Of a DNA stretch of 64,000 nt, positions 1 through 8,942 are shown one piece after another. The stretch's first letter is position 1. Each line of letters opens with the position of its first letter. The notes beneath the pieces are model-generated. The model searched no databases, had not been told where the DNA came from, and saw only the letters and a list, made by a program, of their open reading frames with translations. The stretch is from Candidatus Bathyarchaeia archaeon (GTDB taxonomy: Archaea; Thermoproteota; Bathyarchaeia; 40CM-2-53-6): assembly GCA_050013255.1 (NCBI GenBank), contig JBEKFP010000001.1, positions 704,001 through 768,000 on the forward strand. Reading direction: 5' to 3'. Made by a program: the position numbers and the translations under genes.

Positions 1-297
1 TTCATTTTCACGTACATTGGGCCAGTTATTTTTGGAATCAATTACCTCGGCTTCAGCCAAAAATCGCTAGCCGCGGTGGGAATGCAGTTCGCGAACTCTT
101 CGCAGGTGCTTTGGGCGATGCTCCTCTTCACGAGCATCTTCAACGGCTTGCACGCCGCCTTCTCCGTGGTAATCCCATGCTTGATTTTCACGCCCTTGAG
201 TTTGAAGGTTCCTGAAATCGCCTCAGGCCATCCTTGGATTAGCAAGTTCACATCCCACTAGCGAAACGTTCCCCACTGAAACTGCACGGTCCTTTCC

Positions 298-1224
298 TTG
301 ATCGTTGCCTTAGCAGGAGGAGTTGGAGCAGCAAGATTCCTCGAAGGCCTAATTCGAGTAATTCCCCAGAAAGAAATCACGATCATAGGAAACGTCGGCG
401 ATGACATCAACGTCTACGGCCTCCACGTCTCCCCAGACTTGGACATAGTCACTTACACACTCGCCGGCCTTTTCGACAAGAGAAAAGGCTGGGGCTTTCG
501 AGGCGACACATTTCATTGTCAAGCGTTGCTTCGAAAGTACGGTTTCGAAACCTGGTTCAACCTGGGCGACCGCGACCTAGCAACCCACATCTATCGTACG
601 GAAGAACTTCACCGAGGCAGGCGGCTGTCGGAGGTTACTGCAGACCTAGTTTCGCGTTTGGGGCTTCGAGTGAAGCTGCTTCCTGCAAGCGACGATCTGC
701 TCCAAACATACGTACTTTCTGGAGGTCGACAAATGCACTTCCAAGAATATATGGTAAGACGAAAGACGAAGCCAAAGGTTCAAGGAGTAGTTTTTCGCGG
801 CACTGAATCCGCCAAGCCAGCAAAACATGTTGTCGAATCGATTGCGAGAGCAAGGGGCATCATTGTCTGCCCAAGCAACCCGATTGTTAGCATCGGCGCA
901 ATCCTCGCCGTTCGTGGCATCAAGTCCGCGCTCAGGAAAACTACGGGGAAGGTTGTTGGAATCAGCCCAATCATTGGCGGTAAGACAGTGAAAGGGCCAG
1001 CTGACAAATTGATGAAGGCAGTGGGGATCGAGGCGAGTGCACTTGGAGTAGCCGAATGTTACAACGGTTTCTTGGACACGCTCATAATCGACCGCCTCGA
1101 CAGGGAACTTGCACCAGACATCAAAGCCACCGGAGTTAAACCGATTGTAACGAACACGCTCATGAAAACAATGGCTGACAAAGTTCGTTTGGCGAAAGTT
1201 GCAATAAGTGAATTCAGTCGTTGA
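298..1224 (+). CDS. cofD: 2-phospho-L-lactate transferase (F420 biosynthesis)
   Basis: N-terminal LAGGVGAARF, GLHVSPDLD, WFNLGDRDLATH, CPSNPIVSI and KGPADKLM motifs; TTG start. Confidence 0.95.
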   Translation: MIVALAGGVGAARFLEGLIRVIPQKEITIIGNVGDDINVYGLHVSPDLDIVTYTLAGLFDKRKGWGFRGDTFHCQALLRKYGFETWFNLGDRDLATHIYRTEELHRGRRLSEVTADLVSRLGLRVKLLPASDDLLQTYVLSGGRQMHFQEYMVRRKTKPKVQGVVFRGTESAKPAKHVVESIARARGIIVCPSNPIVSIGAILAVRGIKSALRKTTGKVVGISPIIGGKTVKGPADKLMKAVGIEASALGVAECYNGFLDTLIIDRLDRELAPDIKATGVKPIVTNTLMKTMADKVRLAKVAISEFSR

Positions 1225-1886
1225 AAACTCGTTCACGTCAAGTGGGGCGTGTAGATGCTATAGTCCCCTTGAACGTTCTCAGAAAATCGAAAGCACGACT
1301 TTCACCCATCCTTAGGCCGGCTGAGAGAGAGCAATTAAGTGTTGCAATGTTGAAAGACGTTCTCTCCGCCTTGCGGATGGCGAAGCGGATTCATTCGGTA
1401 ACAGTTGTTAGCGCCGATAAGGGCGTGCGTAGAATCTGCAAGCGTCTCGGGGCTAGTTTTCTCTGGGAGGGGAGAAGGCGTGGCCTCAACAGGGGGGTCA
1501 AGTTAGCTGTTAGACATGCTCAGCGGAGAGGTGCTTCCTCCGTCCTTGTGATTCATTCGGATCTCCCGCTTCTCAAACCACTGGAAATTGACACGTTCCT
1601 CAAGCGGTCCGAGGGATGTTCAGTGGCGCTTACACCATCCAAAGACCGTGATGGAACTAACGCCCTGCTCATGAGTCCCCCACAGGTGATCCGCCCAGTC
1701 TTTGGCAAAGACAGCTTCCGCAAACACCTGTCGCTGGCCAGGAGGAGAAAAGCCCGCAGCAGAGTGTTGCTGTTCAATGGCATTGGTTTCGACGTTGACA
1801 CGCCAAGGGATCTCATTGAGTTGATGCGGCGGCCGTTGCGGAATGAAACCGGCCGAGTCCTACGAATGTTTCGAAAACCGACTTAG
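1221..1886 (+). CDS. cofC: 2-phospho-L-lactate/PEP guanylyltransferase (F420 biosynthesis)
   Basis: IVP..KSKARLSP, AMLKDVL, HSDLPLL, GTNALL, FGKDSFRKH and FDVDTPRDL motifs; overlaps the cofD stop. Confidence 0.92.
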   Translation: MKTRSRQVGRVDAIVPLNVLRKSKARLSPILRPAEREQLSVAMLKDVLSALRMAKRIHSVTVVSADKGVRRICKRLGASFLWEGRRRGLNRGVKLAVRHAQRRGASSVLVIHSDLPLLKPLEIDTFLKRSEGCSVALTPSKDRDGTNALLMSPPQVIRPVFGKDSFRKHLSLARRRKARSRVLLFNGIGFDVDTPRDLIELMRRPLRNETGRVLRMFRKPT

Positions 1887-1948
1887 CGGTGCACCGAAAG
1901 ATACTCAGGGCAAAACAATTTAGAGGCAAGCGGGTGAGTTTGGGTGGG

Positions 1949-3311
1949 GTGTTTGAATTAGCATCGCCTAGGGAAAGCCACGATAAAGTGCTCCAGCTTC
2001 TGGAGCAGCATACTAAGTGGTTTTCAGAATCAATTCCGCTGATTGCATCGGAGAACGTTCCCAGCCCCGCGGTTCGCGAAGCTATAGTTTCAGACTTCGG
2101 GAATCGCTACGCGGAATAGGCTTAAGCCGATCAGGCTTAGGCCTCCGTAGGGATGGGTTGGGGAACGCGTATACGCGGGCTGCGTATACATAGACCAAGT
2201 TGAGAGGCTCTGCATAGACCTAGCAAAGGACCTATTCCGGGCCGAATTCGCGGACGTTAGGCCAGTCTCTGGGGTTTGCGCAAACCTCGTGGTTTACACC
2301 ACTTTCACAAACCCCGGCGACCGCATGCTCGCTTTAGCTATACCAAACGGCGGCCACATCTCGAGTGGGCGCAAAGATTTCTCGGGAACTGCAGGCTCGG
2401 TCCACGGCTTGGAAGTAGAATACTTTCCCTTCGACCGTCATGAAATGAACATCGACGTCGACAAGGCGAAGCAGAAAATCGAGAAGATGGTCAAGGAGGA
2501 GAATAAGCCGCCCAAACTTGGGATGTTTGGTGCAAGCCTCTTCCTCTTCCCCCAACCCCTGAAGGAGCTAGCTGAGTCATTACATAATGTTGGTGCGACC
2601 GTCGCCTACGACGCGGCACATGTTGCGGGGCTCATTGCGGGAGGAATCTTCCAAGACCCACTGAGGGAAGGTGCCGACGTAGTATGCCTGAGCACCCACA
2701 AAACGCTCTTCGGCCCGCAGGGAGGGGCGGTACTCTCCTTCGAGAAATACGCGGAGCAAATCAAGAAGGCAACGTTTCCGTCAAACACGAGCAACCACCA
2801 CCTGCATCACCTAGCTGGGAAAGCGGTTGCTTTCGCGGAAATGTTAGAGTTCGGAAAACAGTACGCTAAGCAAGTTGTGGCTAATGCCAAAGCCCTGGGT
2901 CAAGCGTTGCATGAACGAGGCCTTAACCTTCTGGGCGAGCACAAGGGTTTCACTGAGTCGCATCAAATCGCAGTCGACGTATCCAAGTATGGCTTGGGGG
3001 GAGACATGGAGAGAGCACTTGAAAGCGCCAACATAATCGTCAACCGCCAACTATTACCCGGGGACATTCAAGCGGGAAGGCACTACCAAAACCCAGGCGG
3101 CATCCGCATCGGCACCTCGGAAATCACCAGGATCGGGATGAAGGAGAACCAAATGGTCGAAGTGGCTGAGCTAATCAAGAGAATCGTCATCGACAAGCAG
3201 GACCCTAAGAAAGTGAAGGCCGATGTGCTAGAGTTTAGGAAAGATTTCCAGAAGGTTCACTACTGCTTCGAGAGCGCAAAGAAAGCCTACGAATACATCA
3301 AAGTACGGTAA
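1949..3311 (+). CDS. glyA: Serine hydroxymethyltransferase split by a 34-nt intron (exons about 1949-2116 and 2151-3311)
   Basis: LIASEN..DFGNRYAE in one frame joins GWVGERVYAGC..GGHIS..YDAAH..STHKTLFGPQGG..GIRIGT in another when 2117-2150 is removed; start uncertain (TTG 1940 or GTG 1949). Confidence 0.95.
2117..2150 (+). other. Archaeal BHB-type mRNA intron in glyA
   Basis: TAGGCTTAAGCCGATCAGGCTTAGGCCTCCGTAG; 11-bp intron stem, 4-bp central helix GCGG/CCGT, 3-nt bulges AA|T and AG|G whose cut sites restore YAE-GW exactly. Confidence 0.85.
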
Positions 3312-3328
3312 TTGGTGGTTCGAGGATA

Positions 3329-4108
3329 ATTACGAATCCTAAGGTCACCGTCATAACTGGAGCGAGTAGCGGCATAGGTGCCGCACTAGCGAAAGAGCTG
3401 GGGGCCGGGGGCCACCGGCTAGTTCTCGGAGCCCGCCGAGAAAAGGAACTGAAAAATGTCGCAGCACATGCTGGAACTGAAGCAATCCCAGTCGTCACGG
3501 ATGTTACTCGCCGGCGGGACGTCGAACATTTACGCGATGTTGCAATTGAGAAATTCGGTCACGTTGATGTTTGGGTGAACAATGCGGGCCGCGGCTCTGG
3601 GAAGATTGTGATGGAGTTGACGGAGGCGGAATTGGATGAGATGATTGCTGTTAACCTGAAATCCGTTTACTATGGGATGCAGGCCATCGTTCCGCATTTT
3701 CAGCAGAGGGGCGAGGGACACCTCATCAACGTATCCTCCTTCCTGGGAAGGGTTCCTTTGGCAACCTACCGGTCCGCCTACAATGCGGCTAAGGCGGGGG
3801 CGAATATGCTAACCGCAAATCTGCGCATGGACCTGAGGACGAAATATCCACGGATACATGTTTCATTAGTTTTGGCGGGGTTCGTTGATACCGATTTTCA
3901 CAAAGTCGCAGCCACCCCTTTCCCCGTAAAGGCGGGAACCCGCGTCGGCGAAGCGGTGGTTCAATCCGCTGAAGAGGTCGCCGAGCAGATCGCATCCCTC
4001 ATAGAGCATCCAGTCGCGGAACTCTACACCAACCCAGGCCTCAGAGATCTTACGGTGCGATACTATCAAGACGTAGGCGCATTCGAAGAACGAATGGGCC
4101 AAAGATAG
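3329..4108 (+). CDS. Short-chain dehydrogenase/reductase (SDR)
   Basis: Frame is open upstream of the called ORF: ITNPKVTVITGASSGIG...VWVNNAG...YNAAK; no ATG/GTG/TTG before the TGxxxGIG motif, so probably an ATT/ATA start. Confidence 0.85.
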   Translation: MTNPKVTVITGASSGIGAALAKELGAGGHRLVLGARREKELKNVAAHAGTEAIPVVTDVTRRRDVEHLRDVAIEKFGHVDVWVNNAGRGSGKIVMELTEAELDEMIAVNLKSVYYGMQAIVPHFQQRGEGHLINVSSFLGRVPLATYRSAYNAAKAGANMLTANLRMDLRTKYPRIHVSLVLAGFVDTDFHKVAATPFPVKAGTRVGEAVVQSAEEVAEQIASLIEHPVAELYTNPGLRDLTVRYYQDVGAFEERMGQR

Positions 4109-4139
4109 TCTATCAACTTAGACGGCTCTAGATTGTTGT

Positions 4140-4712
4140 GTGGTTTCGATGCCGGTTCTACGCCCAGGGGAAGTGTACAAGGAGGTTGTTTTGAGGGATG
4201 GTAGGAAGGCGGTTCTTAGGGTTCCTGAGTGGGGTGACCTGGACGACTTCCTAGGTTTGATAAACGGGTTAGTTGACGAACACGCCGACATTCTAAGAAG
4301 CACACACTCTACGCGGGGTGAGGAGGTTGAATGGTTAGCGGACCGGTTGACCGCGATAGAGAAGGGCAGCCTCATCGCGTTAGTTGCGGAAGTGAACGGG
4401 AGGGTTGTTGCAAGCTCGGACGTCGCCCAGAGGACTCCGGAAAACCCGCAACACAATCATGTTGGAGTCCTTGGCATCGCCATCCTCAAGACCGCCAGGG
4501 GGCTTGGGCTCGGAAAAGTGTTAATGGATTCACTCCTTAAACTCAGCAAAAAAGCAGGTTTGAAAATAATAATCCTGGACATGTTCGCCACTAACAAGGT
4601 GGCAAGGCGCCTATACGAAAAGGCCGGATTCGTAGAGGTCGGGAAGATACCTAAAGCCATCAACCAACACGGAAAATACATTGACCTGATCCGGTTCGCC
4701 ATCGAAACCTGA
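4140..4712 (+). CDS. GNAT-family N-acetyltransferase
   Basis: HVGVLGIAI..RGLGLGK..N..A..LYEKAGF motifs. Confidence 0.9.
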   Translation: MVSMPVLRPGEVYKEVVLRDGRKAVLRVPEWGDLDDFLGLINGLVDEHADILRSTHSTRGEEVEWLADRLTAIEKGSLIALVAEVNGRVVASSDVAQRTPENPQHNHVGVLGIAILKTARGLGLGKVLMDSLLKLSKKAGLKIIILDMFATNKVARRLYEKAGFVEVGKIPKAINQHGKYIDLIRFAIET

Positions 4713-4738
4713 AAGCAGATTTGACTATTAATTTACGT

Positions 4739-6310
4739 CTAGAACAGTTTGTCTTTGTCCATGAGCACTTCGCCGTCTGAGTATCTCTGGCCGTACATTT
4801 TCCTGATGATGAGAAAACGCCTGGTCCTCTCCGCTAGTGGTTTTTCGAATATTTCAATTACTCCGTCGAAGAAGTCGATGATACTTTGCGTTTCCTCCTT
4901 TGTTGTGGTCAAGGGGTTGAGGGTCGCTATGATCGTGAAACCCTCAGCCTTGCGTTTTCCGACAAAATCCGTTAACCACCTCCGGGTTAGGACGGACTTA
5001 TGGCGAAGCAACAAATCAGATAAAATATCTATGATCATAATCCGCTTGGTGGCCTTTTCCTTTGCGATAACATCCTTGAGGGCTAGAGCCAATGATATGT
5101 TGGCGTCGTTAAAGTTCTCAAAGCTCGGTATCTTCAACAGGTTCGGGCCATGGATGATTCTGTCCGCCTGCGGGGATAAGGCGTAGAACCCGTTCGGGTA
5201 CCTAGACGTCAGGTCCTCGGTCCTGCCGATATCATTCGAGAGAAAAATCGCTAACTTTCCAGATGATAAGGCTGAGTTAACGACTCTCCTCAGGAGCAGG
5301 TCCCTCTCATCATAAGATGGAGAGACGATGACGACACCGAATTTTTCAGGGATGCCCCCACCCAACGCCTTGTCCAAGTCCGCGTAACCCGTCGAGACGA
5401 TTGTTGGTGCTTGAACGACCTTTGGCGGGACGATGGTCTTTGCGGGAACGATGGGTTGCGGTGAAACGGTGTCTTTCCTAGGTACTTGAATCACTGCTGG
5501 GCGTGGTGGATGCTCCTCTATCCTCCTTTCCTCTTTCAAGGTGGCTCGTGGGTGTTCCTCTTTCAATTTGGCGGCAAGAGATGGCTTTCTTCTTCTCGCG
5601 ACAACCAAGACACCGGCGACTATCGCGACCGCAGCAGCTACGAGCAAACCTAAGCTCCCAAACGGAAGACCGACCTGGCCAACTTGGGGAATCGTTGATG
5701 TCAAAATCAATAACTTGGTCGTGGATTCAGTAGCATTACCGTATGACGCAACCAACGTTGTGACGGCTGTCCGTATTGACCAGGCGCCCGCAACGAATCC
5801 AGGACTAAAATTGAACATCCATGCAATGAATTGTCCGGCCTCAGGGGCAACCCAGTCTCCCTGACCGGCGACACCTTTTTGGTGGTACAGCGCTTGGAAT
5901 TGGAAGGTGGGCGCTGTGCCTTCACTGTTACAGCCGGCATTATCGGCCTTAGCAAAAGCGGTTGTGATGTAGAAATCAGACGGAAGAGTGCCAAAATTAG
6001 TCCAATTTACATGAAAACTCTGCGCCGCGATTGCATTAAACTCGATTTTTTGATAGGGTTTTGATAGGGCTCCAGATCCGCAGGTACTGAGGTCGAACTC
6101 AATCGGTCTGGAACCTTGACTACCGAGATAGCCAGACGTGGTCTCTGTAACGTAACTGGTTGTAGCAGCGTAGGTGTACAGTACCGTGGTCGTGGCTTGG
6201 GTTGTAGAGGTTACGTAACCCTGGCCCGACACCTTTGGCGGCATAGCACTGAGTGCTGGAAGCAGAGCTAGAATCAGCAGAAGAGCGAAAGCGATGCGGC
6301 ACCAGTGCAT
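4739..6310 (-). CDS. Membrane-anchored KaiC/RAD55-like (RecA-fold) protein with extracellular domain; Walker A degenerate
   Basis: Signal peptide, ectodomain, TM helix plus RRRK, Pro-rich linker, then STGYADLDKALGGGIP; P-loop reads SPSYDERD; ends FDGVIEIF..IRKMYG. Confidence 0.8.
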   Translation of the reverse strand: MHWCRIAFALLLILALLPALSAMPPKVSGQGYVTSTTQATTTVLYTYAATTSYVTETTSGYLGSQGSRPIEFDLSTCGSGALSKPYQKIEFNAIAAQSFHVNWTNFGTLPSDFYITTAFAKADNAGCNSEGTAPTFQFQALYHQKGVAGQGDWVAPEAGQFIAWMFNFSPGFVAGAWSIRTAVTTLVASYGNATESTTKLLILTSTIPQVGQVGLPFGSLGLLVAAAVAIVAGVLVVARRRKPSLAAKLKEEHPRATLKEERRIEEHPPRPAVIQVPRKDTVSPQPIVPAKTIVPPKVVQAPTIVSTGYADLDKALGGGIPEKFGVVIVSPSYDERDLLLRRVVNSALSSGKLAIFLSNDIGRTEDLTSRYPNGFYALSPQADRIIHGPNLLKIPSFENFNDANISLALALKDVIAKEKATKRIMIIDILSDLLLRHKSVLTRRWLTDFVGKRKAEGFTIIATLNPLTTTKEETQSIIDFFDGVIEIFEKPLAERTRRFLIIRKMYGQRYSDGEVLMDKDKLF

Positions 6311-6372
6311 GAAGACGCCTTGCTATCGATTCGCATTTAATTCTTGGGACAGACGAGACGTCAGGCTATAAC

Positions 6373-7035
6373 TCATGGCATGTTCTTGGTTCTTTCCGAG
6401 TTGGGCATTCGGACCTTCAGGATTTTGAATCCTAATTGGACTGCTGGGCCTATGGCGAGGGCGGATACTAGCGTTCCGAGCCATGCGGGCCCCCCTAGCA
6501 ACCAACCGACCACGACCACGCTTATCTCGATTATTGTGCGCGCGATTCGCACGCTAGTTTTCCCGAGGCGTGACAGCGCGAGCATCAAAGTGTCCCTCGG
6601 CCCAGCCCCAGCGTTCACTCCAATGTAGATCGCGGTCGCAAATCCCATGATCAAAACGCCGAGGAGCAGGTATCCCAACTGAACGAGGACGGAACCGGGA
6701 ACAAGCGGAACGTAGGGCCTCAGGACGTCGACCCATACGCCGATGAAGATCATGTTCGCGACCGTCCCCCAACCCAACGGCTCTTTGAGGGCTACGTCGA
6801 CGAGAATTATGATGAACGCGACGCCAATGTTGGATTCGCCAAGCGTGATCGGTAAATGGTACGTTAACGCCATTTGGAGAACGTCCCAGGGGTCCAAGCC
6901 TAGGCTCGCCTGAACCATCACATCAATCGCCAACCCGAAGAGCAGAAAACCAATTTGAATAACGAAGAAGTCCCAGGCGAACCGCCTCCAACCCACCCAA
7001 CTGAACTTGAAGAACCTACTGTTCATGGTTCGCAA
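6373..7035 (-). CDS. YczE/YitT-family membrane protein
   Basis: LGLDPWDVL, GWGTVANM, GAGPRDTLM and GGPAWLGT motifs; hydrophobic. Confidence 0.85.
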   Translation of the reverse strand: MRTMNSRFFKFSWVGWRRFAWDFFVIQIGFLLFGLAIDVMVQASLGLDPWDVLQMALTYHLPITLGESNIGVAFIIILVDVALKEPLGWGTVANMIFIGVWVDVLRPYVPLVPGSVLVQLGYLLLGVLIMGFATAIYIGVNAGAGPRDTLMLALSRLGKTSVRIARTIIEISVVVVGWLLGGPAWLGTLVSALAIGPAVQLGFKILKVRMPNSERTKNMP

Positions 7036-7159
7036 GTCTGAACACCTGCCCGCAGAGTCTCCATTCTTCCATGGCGCATTGTCCGTTAGGTTTCGTATGG
7101 GGGCGCCTTCCAGCTGTGTTCTTCATATAGATGTGCCAGTCTTGGTGGGAGCGGTTCCC

Positions 7160-7678
7160 TTGGGTTCCCGCATCTTGCTCTGCATCTGTTTGATTGCAGG
7201 AGTACTGCTCATGATGATTTCAAGTTCCAATGTCGCGGCGCAAAGCTGCCAAAAGGTGACCGTTTCATCCAATTATCCTGAGCAGGCCGCTCCGAAAGAA
7301 CAGGTACAAGTGACTACGACCATAGCCGGCTCATGTACCTCGGGCCCCGAAGACTACTTCTCGGTGAGAGTGGATGTTACGGATCGTGTTTCCAAGGCTC
7401 TACTCTCATCGAACAGCGGTCCGATAGGCTACAGTACCACCAATTTCTCAGTGAACGTACAGAATTCAGTGACAACGCCAACAGGCAATCTGACGTGGCT
7501 AATAGAAATCGATAGTTACCTGATTATAGACGCGCAGGAATCCCATTTGAATTCAACAACAGGCAGGATTCAAGTTGGCAGCACGCCCATACCTGAATTC
7601 CAGGCCGCCCAACCGATCGTACTCCTACTAGCATTAGCCGCAACATTAAGCCTGAACCGACGGAAACTTCCCAAATAA
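7160..7678 (+). CDS. Secreted protein with PEF-CTERM-like sorting signal
   Basis: Signal peptide; C-terminal PIPEFQ followed by a hydrophobic helix and RRK; start estimated at TTG 7160. Confidence 0.7.
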   Translation: MGSRILLCICLIAGVLLMMISSSNVAAQSCQKVTVSSNYPEQAAPKEQVQVTTTIAGSCTSGPEDYFSVRVDVTDRVSKALLSSNSGPIGYSTTNFSVNVQNSVTTPTGNLTWLIEIDSYLIIDAQESHLNSTTGRIQVGSTPIPEFQAAQPIVLLLALAATLSLNRRKLPK

Positions 7679-7816
7679 CGCGGGGGGCCAACTTTTCCGC
7701 GGACTGTGCGCCTTGAATCGCTTCCTCACATGCCCTGCCTTCCTGAGGAAGAATAAGGCCGAATCCCAAATTCGATCAGCTCGTTTTCTTACCTAAACGA
7801 ACTGGCAGAAAACATC

Positions 7817-7860
7817 TGTGCGCACCATTAGCCCCGCACACACTATCCTAACACAAACGA
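7817..7860 (+). repeat. Dispersed intergenic repeat, copy 1
   Basis: TGTGCGCACCA..CCCGCACACAC..CTAACACAAACGA resembles the reverse complement of 18910-18964 and 20426-20475. Confidence 0.5.
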
Positions 7861-7906
7861 AAATTTCTTTAGAGAAGATTCACGATAGTTACTCGAAGAT
7901 GATGAA

Positions 7907-8544
7907 ATGGCACCTAATCCTTTGAGGATAGGACAATCGAACTTCGGAAGTTCTGTGACGCAGCTGACTTCAAGCATCGCTGGATATCCTGCCCTGGAGG
8001 TAGATAACCCGAGCCCCAAGAGTGGTCAGGCCATCCTGGGATTATCCACAGCAAAAAGCGGAGACAACACTGGTGTGTATGGGCAGTCCGACTCGACCGG
8101 TGGAACAGGAATTCTTGGAATTGCGATCTCAGCAAGCGGCCTGAGTTTTGGCGTACGGGGTGAGGCATTTTCCACCGAGGCATAGCGGTCCGTGGGGTTG
8201 CAAGCGGAAAAACTGGCGCGAATTTCGGCGTTCATGGTGCAGCCCTGTCAAAGAAAGGGGCTGGCGTTTTGGCAGAGCACATGAAGAAAGGAGACGCTCT
8301 GCACTGCGAAGGTCACGCGATGCCGACCACTGACAACAAGTTCAATCTAGGTGATTCGAAGAGGCGTTGGAGACACCTTCACGCGAAAACCATAACGTCC
8401 GGCGACCTCGTATTCGATAACGGTGTAAAAGCCACCGAGGACGGAAACGGACTTGCCTTCACCAATGCGAAAGGAACAAAGATCGCGCGATTGGACTCCA
8501 AGGGTAATCTACACATTAAGGGAAGAGTAATCAAAGACCTCTAG
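7907..8544 (+). pseudogene. Frameshifted Gly-rich beta-repeat protein (GVxG repeats; adhesin/fibre-like)
   Basis: Adding one G at about 8178-8180 (GAG GC ATA to GAG GGC ATA) joins 7907..8185 with 8269..8544 and continues the GVYG/GILG/GVRG/GVHG repeats. Confidence 0.7.
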
Positions 8545-8942
8545 CACTCAAGGTCAATTCGCCTAAGATCCCGACGCTAACATTCAGTTGAATCAAACCA
8601 AAACGAAGTAGTCGAGAGCGCAACGTAACCTCCCGTATTTTTCTAGCGCGCACACACTGAATTTCACGCAGACCAATCGGTCGTACTCCTCCTAGCCTTA
8701 ACCGCAATATTGGGCCTGTACCGACGGCAGCTTCACAACTGACGCGGGGAAGATGGCGTTTGTCCGTATCTCGTTCTTCAGGTGGTTTGACGATTCGCTG
8801 CTGCGAGTAGCTTGGCAAGAAAGTGGGTAGAAAAGGGCGAGGAGTTCGCTTGATTCTACTAGGCCTTAGGGCGTTCGAAAGACACATTACTTTATACCTG
8901 CAAATTCCGAAACACGTTTCGAACACTATCGGCGCAGGCAGA

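Noticed and set aside
42-261. Short overlapping ORFs at the window start
   Set aside because: No recognisable motifs; strand and frame cannot be supported
2117-2150. Pyrrolysine or stop read-through at the glyA TAG followed by a hairpin
   Set aside because: The downstream coding sequence is in a different frame (34-nt insert), so read-through cannot restore SHMT; excision does so exactly
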